A stretch of DNA of 56,702 nt from a virus (IMGVR_UViG_3300049846_000236:1-56702), one strand, 5' to 3'. Counted from the first letter of the stretch, positions 39,029 through 48,752 are shown. Notes: generated by a model from the letters alone, not told the origin. A program made the numbers and translations.

Positions 39029-39213
39029 TAAGAATTACCTCCCTCCAAGAACAGATGTTCTACGATTTCTCCATTATGAATTACCACGGTTTCAATCGGC
39101 TCTCCGGCCTCACCGTTGGCAATTTGTTCTTCTGTAAAGTCGCCATCGTACTTGTGAAGAACAATGTGCTCATCAATAACTGCCTCTGAAAGATCTGGAA
39201 TAGCCTCTGTCAT
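39028..39213 (-). CDS. small acidic protein
   Basis: Translationally coupled on both sides (ATGA and TAATG). Confidence 0.6.
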   Translation of the reverse strand: MTEAIPDLSEAVIDEHIVLHKYDGDFTEEQIANGEAGEPIETVVIHNGEIVEHLFLEGGNS

Positions 39214-39596
39214 GAGTAATACTCCTGAGCCTCTCTAGGTGTTGCCTGACGGAATCCGCGTTCCCTGTCAAAGATCTCCTGGGCGTCCTCGGCACTCATA
39301 ACAACGTATGGGTGCTCCCTGGTGAACCTATATCCTAGAACCTCGAAGGTTCCGTTTCCGCGCTCCATCTTGACTACAACCTCTGGGCCCTCAATCTTCT
39401 TGGCAGCCGGGACAGCCGGTGCCGTGGGCAGTTCTTCATGCTCTGCACCGATAAAGTTAGCATATACTTCCTCGCTGACTCCCTCTTCGGCCAGGGCTGC
39501 AATGATATCAGCCTTTTTGGTGACTCCATCTAGGTCCACACCAAATTCCTCTGCGACCTCTCGCAGTTCGGCTACCTTCATTTTCTGTAAAGACAT
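39210..39596 (-). CDS. Rho-N/HeH-like domain protein after the capsid gene
   Basis: LQKMKVAELREVAEEFGVDLDGVTKKADII; start after AAGGAGG. Confidence 0.7.
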   Translation of the reverse strand: MSLQKMKVAELREVAEEFGVDLDGVTKKADIIAALAEEGVSEEVYANFIGAEHEELPTAPAVPAAKKIEGPEVVVKMERGNGTFEVLGYRFTREHPYVVMSAEDAQEIFDRERGFRQATPREAQEYYS

Positions 39597-39621
39597 TAAA
39601 ACCTCCTTGTTTCTAGTATAG

Positions 39622-39650
39622 ATTATAGCAGTTGGAGGGTTATGTGGCAA
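39622..39650 (-). promoter_or_regulatory. sigmaA-type promoter
   Basis: TTGCCA-17-TATAAT with extended TG. Confidence 0.7.
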
Positions 39651-39656
39651 AGTAAT

Positions 39657-39682
39657 AGCGGGGGCGGTTGCCCGCCCCCGCT
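39657..39682 (-). terminator. terminator after major capsid gene
   Basis: AGCGGGGGCGG-4 nt-CCGCCCCCGCT, an 11-bp stem followed by ATTACTTT. Confidence 0.7.
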
Positions 39683-39698
39683 GATCACTTTAGACAGA

Positions 39699-40700
39699 TC
39701 AGGTCGAAACCTTAACATCGCGTACAACAACCCAAGCGTCCAGATTCTCGATCTGAACACCTACGCGGGTGTACATCGTGTACTCAGTTGTGTCCTTCTT
39801 CTGTGCAAACTGGCTGTATACCTGGATCTCACGCTTGATACCGACAATCCTGTTGTTCGGGAATGTTAGTTCAATGTATCCGTGGTCACCTGATGCACCG
39901 GAGTACGATCCTGCTACGTCTTCCTTCTGTAGAGCAACCTCTACAACAGGAATTCCGAAAGCGTAAGGATACGATCCACCAGAGTTGCCCTGCGGTCCAG
40001 CAACTGTTCCAGTGATGATACCAGAGGCGATAGCCTCAGGAGTACCACCGTCTACGTTCAAGCCATTAGATAGGCTGTAGAGGTAGTCCTGGATTAGATT
40101 GCTGCCCGTGTAGAAGCGCAACTGGTTACGACGCTGCTTGTACTTACGAGGAAGGTTCTTGAGAGCCTTGTTGAATGCCGCACGGTTAATTGCACCTCCA
40201 CCGTGGGAAACAACGTGAGCGCCTGCAAGAGCGCGAACGTGCCAACCATCGAAAGCCTTGTACAGCGGATCGCTGGTTAGAGAGTCGTCACCGTTGATGC
40301 ATAGATCCTCAATGTCGTTACCGGCCTGAGTAGCCATCAACTGTGCGATGTGATCCTCTAGACCGTTGCCCTCGATGTTGTCCTCAAGGGACTCTGTTGA
40401 GAGTTCCCAGTCAAGACGCAACTTCTTGGTTGTAAGCGAAATCTTTGTGAACGTAGCACCAGCGTTAACTCCGTCGTCTACGGCTTCTGTAGCAACGCGT
40501 ACCAACTTCGTTCCAACTCCTACCTTGTCAATGTCAACGGTGTCGGAGCGCATACGAATTGTACGAGCGGTCGGAAGAAGAGAAGTAGCATCCCACATGT
40601 AGTCGATAAAACGGCTAGACTGTTCTGCGTTAAGTAGACCACCACTTCCGGCACTAACGTCCGAAGTGGCAATTACCTTTTCAAGCAATTCGTTACCCAT
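39699..40700 (-). CDS. major capsid protein (HK97 fold)
   Basis: GGLLNAEQSSRFID, ELSTESLEDNIEG and GNDIEDLCING motifs; strong AGGAGGTG RBS. Confidence 0.93.
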   Translation of the reverse strand: MGNELLEKVIATSDVSAGSGGLLNAEQSSRFIDYMWDATSLLPTARTIRMRSDTVDIDKVGVGTKLVRVATEAVDDGVNAGATFTKISLTTKKLRLDWELSTESLEDNIEGNGLEDHIAQLMATQAGNDIEDLCINGDDSLTSDPLYKAFDGWHVRALAGAHVVSHGGGAINRAAFNKALKNLPRKYKQRRNQLRFYTGSNLIQDYLYSLSNGLNVDGGTPEAIASGIITGTVAGPQGNSGGSYPYAFGIPVVEVALQKEDVAGSYSGASGDHGYIELTFPNNRIVGIKREIQVYSQFAQKKDTTEYTMYTRVGVQIENLDAWVVVRDVKVST

Positions 40701-40724
40701 ATTATATTTTCACCTCCTGTATTT

Positions 40725-42062
40725 TTAGTTTGTAATGGAACTTGCGCTGGCGAAGCGTCCACCCCATGAAAATCCCTTTGTTACCGGCTCTGAATCTAGA
40801 TCATCACCGGACTTCTTCGTGGCAGTTGCGTTTTCGAGAGCATCTACATGCTTAGCAACTTCGTCAACCTTTCCAGCAACCTCTGCCACAGTTGCGGTGA
40901 TCGACTCCAAAGTCTTAATAACGGCATCCAATACTGGTGCCGACTTTTCTACAGAGGCTGCTGTCTCCGCGAGAGTACCTTCGATTGCGCTAATAGACTT
41001 CTCTAGAGCACTAAGGTCTACCGCCGGAACTTCTGCGACCTCCTCAGGCGTCTCGTCAGCAGACTTTTCTACAGTCTCCTCTGCGACAACCTCTTCCACC
41101 GACTCTTCAACGTCAGCGGCCTTTTCTACAGCCTCCTCGGTCACAGGCTCTACGACCTCATCAACCTCGGCAGCCTTTTCTACAGTTTCTACGTCAGACA
41201 TACTTACACCTCCTTCACTTTTAACTGCTGTGTCATTATTATCTCCGACATTTTCTTCGTTTGCAAACTCAGAGTTCTGCTTGACCTTTTCCTTGCCAAG
41301 TTCTTCCTTGATTTGCTGTGATGTAATGACGGACTTAGAAGTCCAATTATCCACAAACTTCTTAAGTTCAGCAGTTACCTTGGCAACGTCAGTTACCTCG
41401 ATCCACCCGATATTTTCCATCGGGGAGTCACACGCGCTACAAGAGACGATTTCGTCTGCGCTGGCCTTGGCCACCTCGTCAGTACCACACCAGAAAACGT
41501 TCTGTGTCTCTACCTCAGTAGCCATACCCTTGGCTACCAGGGAGTCACCGACCTTCGTAATGGATAGTACGTTGGCGTACTGGTTCGCCGGGTTGTCCAC
41601 GAGCGAAAGTTCAATAAGATCAAGTTCGGTGATGAATCGAATGCTCTTTTCGAGATCTGGAATATACTCGGTGTGAGCGTTCTTTACATATCCACCAATG
41701 GAAAAACCTGAGAGAGTTCCATCTAGAACCTTCTCCCAGGTGTCCTGAGCGCCTCTAGAAACGTAGGCAGTGACGAAGATTCCTTCGTATGCCGCTCCTG
41801 TCTTGGCGTCATAAAATGTCTCTTGGTTGAATGTCACCATTCTACCGGCTGCAATTGGCTGGTGCATTTCACGGATATTTCCACGGAAACGACTAAAAGC
41901 GTCTACCGAAGCCTCAAGCGTCACAACCTCGTCATGTTGATCAACGTTGTTCAGCGAGGCGAAGCCGGAAACTAGACGCTGCTCCTCATTCACCTTGGCG
42001 ATTGGCATTACGACCTTTACGTCGTCGCCATTAGTTACCCAATAAGCCTTTTCAATTGCCAT
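40725..42062 (-). CDS. prohead protease fused to acidic scaffold
   Basis: VSGFAS...D, IREMH, LSGFSIGG and ELSLVDNPAN (HK97-type protease); E/V/A-rich C-terminal half. Confidence 0.9.
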   Translation of the reverse strand: MAIEKAYWVTNGDDVKVVMPIAKVNEEQRLVSGFASLNNVDQHDEVVTLEASVDAFSRFRGNIREMHQPIAAGRMVTFNQETFYDAKTGAAYEGIFVTAYVSRGAQDTWEKVLDGTLSGFSIGGYVKNAHTEYIPDLEKSIRFITELDLIELSLVDNPANQYANVLSITKVGDSLVAKGMATEVETQNVFWCGTDEVAKASADEIVSCSACDSPMENIGWIEVTDVAKVTAELKKFVDNWTSKSVITSQQIKEELGKEKVKQNSEFANEENVGDNNDTAVKSEGGVSMSDVETVEKAAEVDEVVEPVTEEAVEKAADVEESVEEVVAEETVEKSADETPEEVAEVPAVDLSALEKSISAIEGTLAETAASVEKSAPVLDAVIKTLESITATVAEVAGKVDEVAKHVDALENATATKKSGDDLDSEPVTKGFSWGGRFASASSITN

Positions 42063-42067
42063 AGTAT

Positions 42068-42526
42068 TTAAATATTACTACGATTTCTTTTATCACGCAA
42101 CCCGGCATCTTTACAGAAAACGGACCAGACGTAGAATTCGTAGATGCTAAATAGGGTGAAGAATCCATAAACTATAACTGCTGTGGATTGTGGTGCTGTC
42201 ATTATCCAACTTGCAGTGATAAACGCCCAGTATGCCGCCCCAACGATATCCATGTTTTTAAGAACTATATACTTTCTGTACCAGATGCATACAATGTCTA
42301 TCAGCCCTAAAAAGACTAGTATAGTGCCCAGCCAGGTTTCCATAGGGTGTCCGTAAATTGGTGCTAGGGCATCATTGGCTCCGGCCAGTGAAATGAACGA
42401 GAAACTCTCAAATGGGAGTAGCAGCCAGAGTCCAAAGACGATCTGAAATACGCCTATTACGAATCCGTCAGAATCGAGAGGCTTGGCAATTCCCTGCCGA
42501 CCAAATATTTCTTTGAAACGTGTCAC
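42068..42526 (-). CDS. multi-pass membrane protein
   Basis: About four hydrophobic helices; sits between portal and protease. Confidence 0.6.
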   Translation of the reverse strand: MTRFKEIFGRQGIAKPLDSDGFVIGVFQIVFGLWLLLPFESFSFISLAGANDALAPIYGHPMETWLGTILVFLGLIDIVCIWYRKYIVLKNMDIVGAAYWAFITASWIMTAPQSTAVIVYGFFTLFSIYEFYVWSVFCKDAGLRDKRNRSNI

Positions 42527-42557
42527 ATTTCAACGTAGTCTTTTGACTGTCCTCCAA

Positions 42558-44081
42558 TTAGGCTTGCGCCCTTCCTTCTCCCTTTGGTTGACGGGCTTCT
42601 CCCGAAGTATCTGCCGCGTTTCCACTTCGCTGCTGATCCCTCTGCCTGTTACCATTGGCTGTTGTGTTTTGTTCTGCTCTCGCCTGAGCGGTGAGAGCAA
42701 CAGGCTCATCGCCTCCGTCAAGGCTCGGCAGGTTAAGTTCCGAACGAACCTCGTTCGGTACAAGTACCTGAATCCTGACTAGGCGCTCCCAGATCTTGCT
42801 CTGAGTGTCTGCGTCCGTTAGAGAAATCTCGTTGAACTTAATAGCGAGCGCATCCGTCTGCTCTTTAATTATACGATCAATTCTTTTCGATAGCAAATCC
42901 TGCATTGGCTTTACTACCTGCTCAGAGAATGTTTTGTCTGCATCTCTAGCAATAGCAAGGGACACTCCCTCAGAAACAGACACCTTGGTAATCGGAACGC
43001 GGTTAACCGCCAACACCTCATCACGGTTAGCCTTGCGGTAGTTGTTGAATGAAGAGTCCTGAATGCCGTTCTCTACCTCGTGCATCTTGAATTCAGACTT
43101 GGTAGATTCGGTATCCTCGGGAATCGGAATATATAGGCTTCGGTGATTACCGGCCATTCCCTTAATGCCCTCTAGGAACTCTAGAAGTTTGCGCTCTGAC
43201 TTCTCGCTTAGCCTGCCGCCCTTGATCGTAACGATATAGCGCGGAACAGCCTTGTTTTCGAAATAGTCAAGGTTGTAGCGGCTTGAAAACTCTGCTCCGG
43301 CGATGGCGTTCTTGGCTGCGATAACATTCGGAACACCATAAAATGTATTGGTCGGAGAGTAATTTTTAATATGAATGATTTCATTCGGGTTGGCGTCAGA
43401 GCCGATAGGATTCTTAGTCTCCGTGTCACCGTAGTTTCTGAAAAATACTGCGTCCTTGCCAACAATCTGCAGGAACCCGTCCCGCTTGGCACGAACTCGT
43501 ACGGTTGTGGCTGGAATATGTCCGATAAATCCAATTGTTCCATTAATGTTACGTCCAATTTCAATGTATCCATTTCCGGTTGTCTCGAAATCTACATAAA
43601 CCTTTAGGAGCACCTCTGAGAAGGATTCCGGCTCGGTGACTGTATCTAGCCACTCATGCATTTCACGCTTTAGCCTTAGGAATCTCTTACGAGCCTTCTC
43701 TAGAGCAGACTTGGAGTTGATATCCTCCATCTTCTCTTTCAGTGTGGCTGACTCTGTGAAGTCATAGCCCTGCCCCACAACAGAAACAGCCTTGGCGTTG
43801 ATTGCTGCATAGTTGTATGGGTTGATCTCGTACAACTTAGCCAAATAGTCAAGGTTGTATGGGGGCTGCTTCACCTGGAATAGAGAATATCCGGTTACCT
43901 CGCCGTCCTCTAGTTTCTTGGACTCTGCGCGAGTAACCTTCTTCTTAAATGTTGGGGACAGTCCGCCAAGGGACTTGACCAGAGAGATTCCGCCCTCGAA
44001 CTGGTCGGTAGTCTTCTGAACACCCTCGCCAGCCTGCTTTACTCCGAAGTCTCTCGGATTAAATACTTCAACCTCTTCCAT
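42558..44081 (-). CDS. portal protein (PBSX/HK97-like)
   Basis: DFETTGNGYIEI, NEIIHIK...FYGVP, YFENKAVP and PNEVRSELNLPSLDGGD motifs. Confidence 0.92.
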   Translation of the reverse strand: MEEVEVFNPRDFGVKQAGEGVQKTTDQFEGGISLVKSLGGLSPTFKKKVTRAESKKLEDGEVTGYSLFQVKQPPYNLDYLAKLYEINPYNYAAINAKAVSVVGQGYDFTESATLKEKMEDINSKSALEKARKRFLRLKREMHEWLDTVTEPESFSEVLLKVYVDFETTGNGYIEIGRNINGTIGFIGHIPATTVRVRAKRDGFLQIVGKDAVFFRNYGDTETKNPIGSDANPNEIIHIKNYSPTNTFYGVPNVIAAKNAIAGAEFSSRYNLDYFENKAVPRYIVTIKGGRLSEKSERKLLEFLEGIKGMAGNHRSLYIPIPEDTESTKSEFKMHEVENGIQDSSFNNYRKANRDEVLAVNRVPITKVSVSEGVSLAIARDADKTFSEQVVKPMQDLLSKRIDRIIKEQTDALAIKFNEISLTDADTQSKIWERLVRIQVLVPNEVRSELNLPSLDGGDEPVALTAQARAEQNTTANGNRQRDQQRSGNAADTSGEARQPKGEGRAQA

Positions 44082-44418
44082 TAGCCTTATCCCTCAAATC
44101 GTCAGCGTAGAAGCCAACATCGTATTCGTCTGGCACAAGGCCCTCAGAGGCCCTAGCCAACTGCTCTTCATATTCCTCGTCGCTCACCTTTCTGTGACCG
44201 GGGAAGAACTGTGGCTCTCCCTCGTCAATTCCGAACGACTTAACTGCCGCCCTCAACTCAGCAATTCTCCTAACATCTCCGAATTCGGAGGCGATGCTGA
44301 GGAAGTTTCGGTCCTCGTCTGCGATATAGGCCCCATTTGGCATCTTCCAGAGGTAAACGCCGAACCTATCGCCGGGACTATCGTGTACAATCTTCTTGCC
44401 CTTTGGTGTAAGTTTCAT
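44068..44418 (-). CDS. hypothetical protein upstream of portal
   Basis: 116 aa; leaderless start 6 nt after TGGTACAAT. Confidence 0.7.
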   Translation of the reverse strand: MKLTPKGKKIVHDSPGDRFGVYLWKMPNGAYIADEDRNFLSIASEFGDVRRIAELRAAVKSFGIDEGEPQFFPGHRKVSDEEYEEQLARASEGLVPDEYDVGFYADDLRDKANGRG

Positions 44419-44475
44419 ATCATCATTGTACCAAATTACTGGTTATTGGGCAGGTTTTGTCCAACTGGCGTTCCG

Positions 44476-47400
44476 TCACACCGAAATTGTCTGGCTATTC
44501 CAAATGTTTGAGTAGTATCTTGGGAGAGAATCTGCTACTGTACGGCTTCCTGGGGCATCCGAGAATGACCCTGTAGTTACATCACCGAGATAGGCCTTGT
44601 AGTTGGCCAGTACCTGCTGGGCTGTAAATGTCTGTGAATAATATGAAACATTTTGGTATCTAGCAGACGACTGTGTTCCAGCGGGGGCTGGAATTCCAAA
44701 ATTCATATTAGCGGTAATAAGGTTAATCTGCGTAGAGGCATTGGTCAGAACGATGTGGTGCCATCTGTTATACCAGGTTGTAGACGTTGCAGCGTTCGCA
44801 GTGGAAACTCCATCAACATATAGTGTTGTAAATCCTGTGGTAGTAAATCCGCCAACGTCATAATACCTCATAGAGTGCTCAGTTCCGTCATAGTAGACAT
44901 AATAACCCTGTGTTTCTGGATAAAGCCAGAACTCTACGGTTCTTATGAGCGGGGTTGGTCCAGCAGTGGTCGCACCGGATCCGCCAGTAGGAATAGACGT
45001 GTTTGTAGTATCATTTACTGGATCTAGTATGATAACTGAGGTGCTTGCCGTAACCCTAGCCCCATTTTCTACATCCTGTCTTATCATTGGTAAATTCTTA
45101 TTAAAGAAGTTTCTCCTGGTTCCTGATTCTAGCAAATCTAAAGAGTTTTCAGAATACTGAACTGAGTCATAGAATCCAATTAATTGTAGTTCGTTTAGTT
45201 TAACCGGATTATAATATGAGTCATCTGTTGTTAGAACCACCTTAGCATAGTTTGCTGTTGGAAGGTTAGTAGGGAACGAGGTGGAGACAAACTCTCTTCC
45301 ATTTGTGGGTGCTGTGTATGACGTGTCATCTACAGATGTTGTTACGGAGATGTTTGAGTTTCTCGGACTCCAATATATTTGTGTTTGCTGAACACTTTCT
45401 GTTCCATCTGATCCCGTTAGAGCAGAAACCTTTACTAATCCAGATTGAGATACATTAAGGCTAGAGCCAAGTTTCGCAGTGAACCCATTTACAGAAGTCT
45501 TATTTGATGTAAACAGGGAAGAATCCTGAACCTCTGGATACAGTTTAAGCAACTTGAAATAGTTATTCCAGGTTCTTAATTCGTCAGCACCGGCCCCCAG
45601 GTGCAGGTATGAATTTTCATCAAACTGCGGGGCTTTTACGCCATTATCAAAGGCGATTTGAGCGGGGCTGGATGTTGTATTAACATATAGACTAAGAATT
45701 CCAAGCCCCCACTCAACGTAGAAGTACGGCATAGTTGCAAGCAGCGAGGAAATGGCTCCCCATGAAGCCTCTGTTGTTGTCAAGTCACCGGCAGTGTTTA
45801 GGTACTTGTATCGAAGGTATAGGTTCTTGTCGGACTTCTTGACAATTTCAATCACGCTATCACCAGCAGTGTTAGAAATTGATGCCAGGCACTGCTCTTG
45901 AATATTATCATTTTCTATGGCAGTAAAGTCTGCGTGGAATCCAAACGCCCCTTGACTTTTTCCTAAGTACCTACCCGCGTTCCTAACCTTAATAAACATC
46001 GAATCCCGAAGATTGATCTCGTCAATATTATACGCGCCCTCGTAATAATTAGTCTCTGCTCCAAGGTAGACAGCCGCCGAATCAATGTAGTGTAACTCAT
46101 TCGCTGCAGCGGTAGAGAAAACCTGAACGCCAAGCCTGCATGACACCGCGCCGACTGGTGCCGTAGCGGTAACGGTGTGCTTAGTCCATGCGGAGGTTGA
46201 GTTTGTTGTTCCAGATCCGCTGACCGCGCTTAAGAACCCCCCGCTCTGATTGTAAAAGTAAATATCTGCCCCTACAGACCTGGTAAGAGATCCCGCGAGG
46301 CTATGAAGTACGCCAGAAATTTTCTGACCAGGGACAATTCCTGATATCCCTGTCTGCCAGTACAACTGCATCGTTCCGGCTGCGTTGGAAGACATTCTTG
46401 CACTTCCGCCAGCATTATGCATAATTGTCGGAGCATGAGCGGCGGTGCAGTTAGTTCCAGCGACCCAACTGTTTAGACCACCATCAACTCTTGATGCCAG
46501 CGTCCCAACGAGGTTCTTTGGATAGTCGGAAGCATCAATTCCGGGTGGAATCCTATAGTCATTTGGCTCATTCCATGTTGTTGAAGAGCCCTCTCTGACC
46601 ATTAGTTCATCAAACCAATATGAGTCCCCGGACACCGGGTTTGTAGAAACTATTCCAATAGTACACGAGGCCGCATTTGCTGGGGCCGTAGCAGTAACTG
46701 CTCTACTCTCCCAAGTATTAGCAACAGCGGTTACGCTGTGTACGTTAGAAACAATATAGGCTCCCCCCGCAGTCCACCAGTCAATAGCGACCTGAGTGTT
46801 TCTGGCGGCAGAGCATCTAATTCTTGCTGTTGCGGTATAAGTCTTTCCCGGCTCCACCGCTGGGCCTGCTCCTCCTGCAATTCCAAAGTTTGTTTGTGCT
46901 ACTCCGGTGCCACTTGTGTATGTAACCTTAAAAGCGTATGATCCTGAATACACCTGGTCTGTTGCTGCTGTAAAGGTATAGGTAAGCGCACCTGGATTAT
47001 ATGTATTTGTAATTCCAGTTGTAACTCCGTTTTCTGCTGTAGCCTGATTCCAGGTCAACAAGTTCCCATAATAACTTGGAGATGTTCTAAGTTCCACCGG
47101 AGGGATTTTCTTAAGACCAACGGAGCCATCATCATTTACAATTACATCGGTAAGTGTGATTGCATTAGACTTCCACCCCAGAGAAGCACCCGACCAGTCG
47201 AAGATTTTAGTTCTATCCTCATCATTGATCTTAATGATCTTTCCACCGAGTGAATTGACAATATCGACCTCTGCAACATTTGGAGTTGACATAAAATAGT
47301 GGTTATTGATTGACGTAGGATCTAGAGCCTGACGATAGAAAGAGACCCCATCAATAATAAACTCTGCAGTTTCAGTTGCTGTCGGAGGCCTATTTGCCAT

Positions 47401-47991
47401 AGTAACGAAGTTGGCTGTTGTATGAGACCAGCCTGGCCCCTGTGAAAGATCTGCTGAATCGACCAACTTCCCATCTACATAGAGGGAAATTTTTGTTGTA
47501 TCATATACCGCTATCACATGATATGTTCTACCGGGCTCCAAATATTTTTGTGTCACTGCCCTAAATGTAGCCGGTGAGGTATCGCTGCCGTTGCTAACTA
47601 CAAACCTGAGACTATTATTTACACAATAAATTCCATTTTCCATTACATAGGCAGACGAGGCTGCTTGTGGGGCAAAAAGGATGCTCTCTCTGGTCCCGCC
47701 GACCGGCTGGAAGGTAAATTCAACGCTAAATGGAATGTGGTTCCTATTTACCTCCCACGCCTCCATAGCGGGGTAAGTTAGTTTGTGGTTTGAGTTATAA
47801 AACCTGTACGCAATATCGCTGCTAGAACCGGTGACCAGCGGACGATAACCCCTATCAATCAGATCTGTTGCTTCTGTGATAGTGGCTGTCTTACCATTTC
47901 CTGAAAGGTCTGTTTCCGAAGTTCCTGATGGGGCGGTGATCATCCAGAAGCCAGCAGGCCTATCGGCTAGTACGGTTTGGACATAACTCAT
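44476..47991 (-). CDS. LamG/concanavalin-like and CBM-containing virion protein
   Basis: MSYVQTVLADRPAGFW start; FSVEF...YHVIAVYD...LYVDG (LamG); two CBM_4_9-like units; C-terminal TVEFW...WHHIV LamG-like unit. Confidence 0.8.
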   Translation of the reverse strand: MSYVQTVLADRPAGFWMITAPSGTSETDLSGNGKTATITEATDLIDRGYRPLVTGSSSDIAYRFYNSNHKLTYPAMEAWEVNRNHIPFSVEFTFQPVGGTRESILFAPQAASSAYVMENGIYCVNNSLRFVVSNGSDTSPATFRAVTQKYLEPGRTYHVIAVYDTTKISLYVDGKLVDSADLSQGPGWSHTTANFVTMANRPPTATETAEFIIDGVSFYRQALDPTSINNHYFMSTPNVAEVDIVNSLGGKIIKINDEDRTKIFDWSGASLGWKSNAITLTDVIVNDDGSVGLKKIPPVELRTSPSYYGNLLTWNQATAENGVTTGITNTYNPGALTYTFTAATDQVYSGSYAFKVTYTSGTGVAQTNFGIAGGAGPAVEPGKTYTATARIRCSAARNTQVAIDWWTAGGAYIVSNVHSVTAVANTWESRAVTATAPANAASCTIGIVSTNPVSGDSYWFDELMVREGSSTTWNEPNDYRIPPGIDASDYPKNLVGTLASRVDGGLNSWVAGTNCTAAHAPTIMHNAGGSARMSSNAAGTMQLYWQTGISGIVPGQKISGVLHSLAGSLTRSVGADIYFYNQSGGFLSAVSGSGTTNSTSAWTKHTVTATAPVGAVSCRLGVQVFSTAAANELHYIDSAAVYLGAETNYYEGAYNIDEINLRDSMFIKVRNAGRYLGKSQGAFGFHADFTAIENDNIQEQCLASISNTAGDSVIEIVKKSDKNLYLRYKYLNTAGDLTTTEASWGAISSLLATMPYFYVEWGLGILSLYVNTTSSPAQIAFDNGVKAPQFDENSYLHLGAGADELRTWNNYFKLLKLYPEVQDSSLFTSNKTSVNGFTAKLGSSLNVSQSGLVKVSALTGSDGTESVQQTQIYWSPRNSNISVTTSVDDTSYTAPTNGREFVSTSFPTNLPTANYAKVVLTTDDSYYNPVKLNELQLIGFYDSVQYSENSLDLLESGTRRNFFNKNLPMIRQDVENGARVTASTSVIILDPVNDTTNTSIPTGGSGATTAGPTPLIRTVEFWLYPETQGYYVYYDGTEHSMRYYDVGGFTTTGFTTLYVDGVSTANAATSTTWYNRWHHIVLTNASTQINLITANMNFGIPAPAGTQSSARYQNVSYYSQTFTAQQVLANYKAYLGDVTTGSFSDAPGSRTVADSLPRYYSNIWNSQTISV

Positions 47992-47998
47992 ATCCTTG

Positions 47999-48027
47999 AT
48001 TATATCGCTGATTGGGGTAAAAAGCAA
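47999..48027 (-). promoter_or_regulatory. promoter for LamG gene (leaderless)
   Basis: TTGCTT-17-TATAAT; ATG 7 nt downstream; the -35 overlaps the terminator tail. Confidence 0.65.
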
Positions 48028-48057
48028 TTACCCCCGGAGATCATCCGGGGGTAACGC
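48019..48057 (-). terminator. intrinsic terminator
   Basis: TTACCCCCGGA-5 nt-TCCGGGGGTAA stem followed by TTGCTTTTT. Confidence 0.8.
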
Positions 48058-48158
48058 TGTAACTACCATCCTAAGGCGCACTGCACTTAGGCCCAACGAG
48101 TTCTCCGCGCCTCAGCACGGGCGGACCCGTTCTACCCGTACCACCACAGTACGGGGGA
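48058..48158 (-). ncRNA. candidate structured RNA between endolysin stop and terminator
   Basis: Hairpins CCCGTAC/GTACGGG and ACGGG/CCCGT, plus a long stem CCGTGCTGAGGCGC/GCGCCTTAGGATGG; family not recognised. Confidence 0.35.
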
Positions 48159-48752
48159 TTATCTCCTAAAGAGATTGCGGAGTTTCTTACGAGCGTCCGA
48201 CAATTTCTTGGAAAGACTAGTGATCTGCCTTCTCGTAGCCTCTACTGCAACCCAAAGATTGTAGTTGAAAATGGTTCTCTTAATATTCGGTGGGAACCAT
48301 GTTGGGTCGTCCCCTCCACCGGCCAGACCATCCTGGTGAATATAGTAGTCATCTACCTGTCCAGGGACATACTGACCAACAGGGGCAACCCACTTCTGCT
48401 TGTATTTTGGAAGCGAAATCATATGAATGTGATATGAGAATCCCTGCGCGGGGGTGCGAACCCAGGCAGCCCAACCGTTCTTACGGAGGAACTTCTGAGC
48501 CTCGTACCAGTCCATTCCAACAATCTGTACGTCGAGTACAGCATCCTTATCGTGGGTGCCAGCACTTGCCTCTACAGTTGTGTTGTATGAACCCTGAATA
48601 ATACGCAGGACATACTGCTTCCTGTTCTTCTCACCGAGTTTTCTTAGGCGATACTTAGTACGGTCTAGGTGCTCGGCGGTGCGCTTGGAGCACTTAAACT
48701 GTGTGCCATAAATGTTCGGCTGCGAGTAATAGACAATATCTGATTGTGCCAT
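48159..48752 (-). CDS. putative endolysin (Zn peptidase, M15-like)
   Basis: QGSYN...SAGTHD..AVLD...WAAWVR...HIH motif typical of actinophage lysins; leaderless after TGATATAAT. Confidence 0.7.
   Translation of the reverse strand: MAQSDIVYYSQPNIYGTQFKCSKRTAEHLDRTKYRLRKLGEKNRKQYVLRIIQGSYNTTVEASAGTHDKDAVLDVQIVGMDWYEAQKFLRKNGWAAWVRTPAQGFSYHIHMISLPKYKQKWVAPVGQYVPGQVDDYYIHQDGLAGGGDDPTWFPPNIKRTIFNYNLWVAVEATRRQITSLSKKLSDARKKLRNLFRR

Noticed and set aside
32068-41676. Long plus-strand ORFs (e.g. 32323-32877, 34621-35250, 40735-41676)
   Set aside because: They are antisense shadows of repetitive or biased minus-strand genes, with no RBS or recognisable motifs.
48058-48158. Known self-cleaving ribozyme (pistol, twister, HDV-like) or SRP RNA
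   Set aside because: The required conserved cores and pseudoknots could not be found by eye; kept only as an unclassified candidate.
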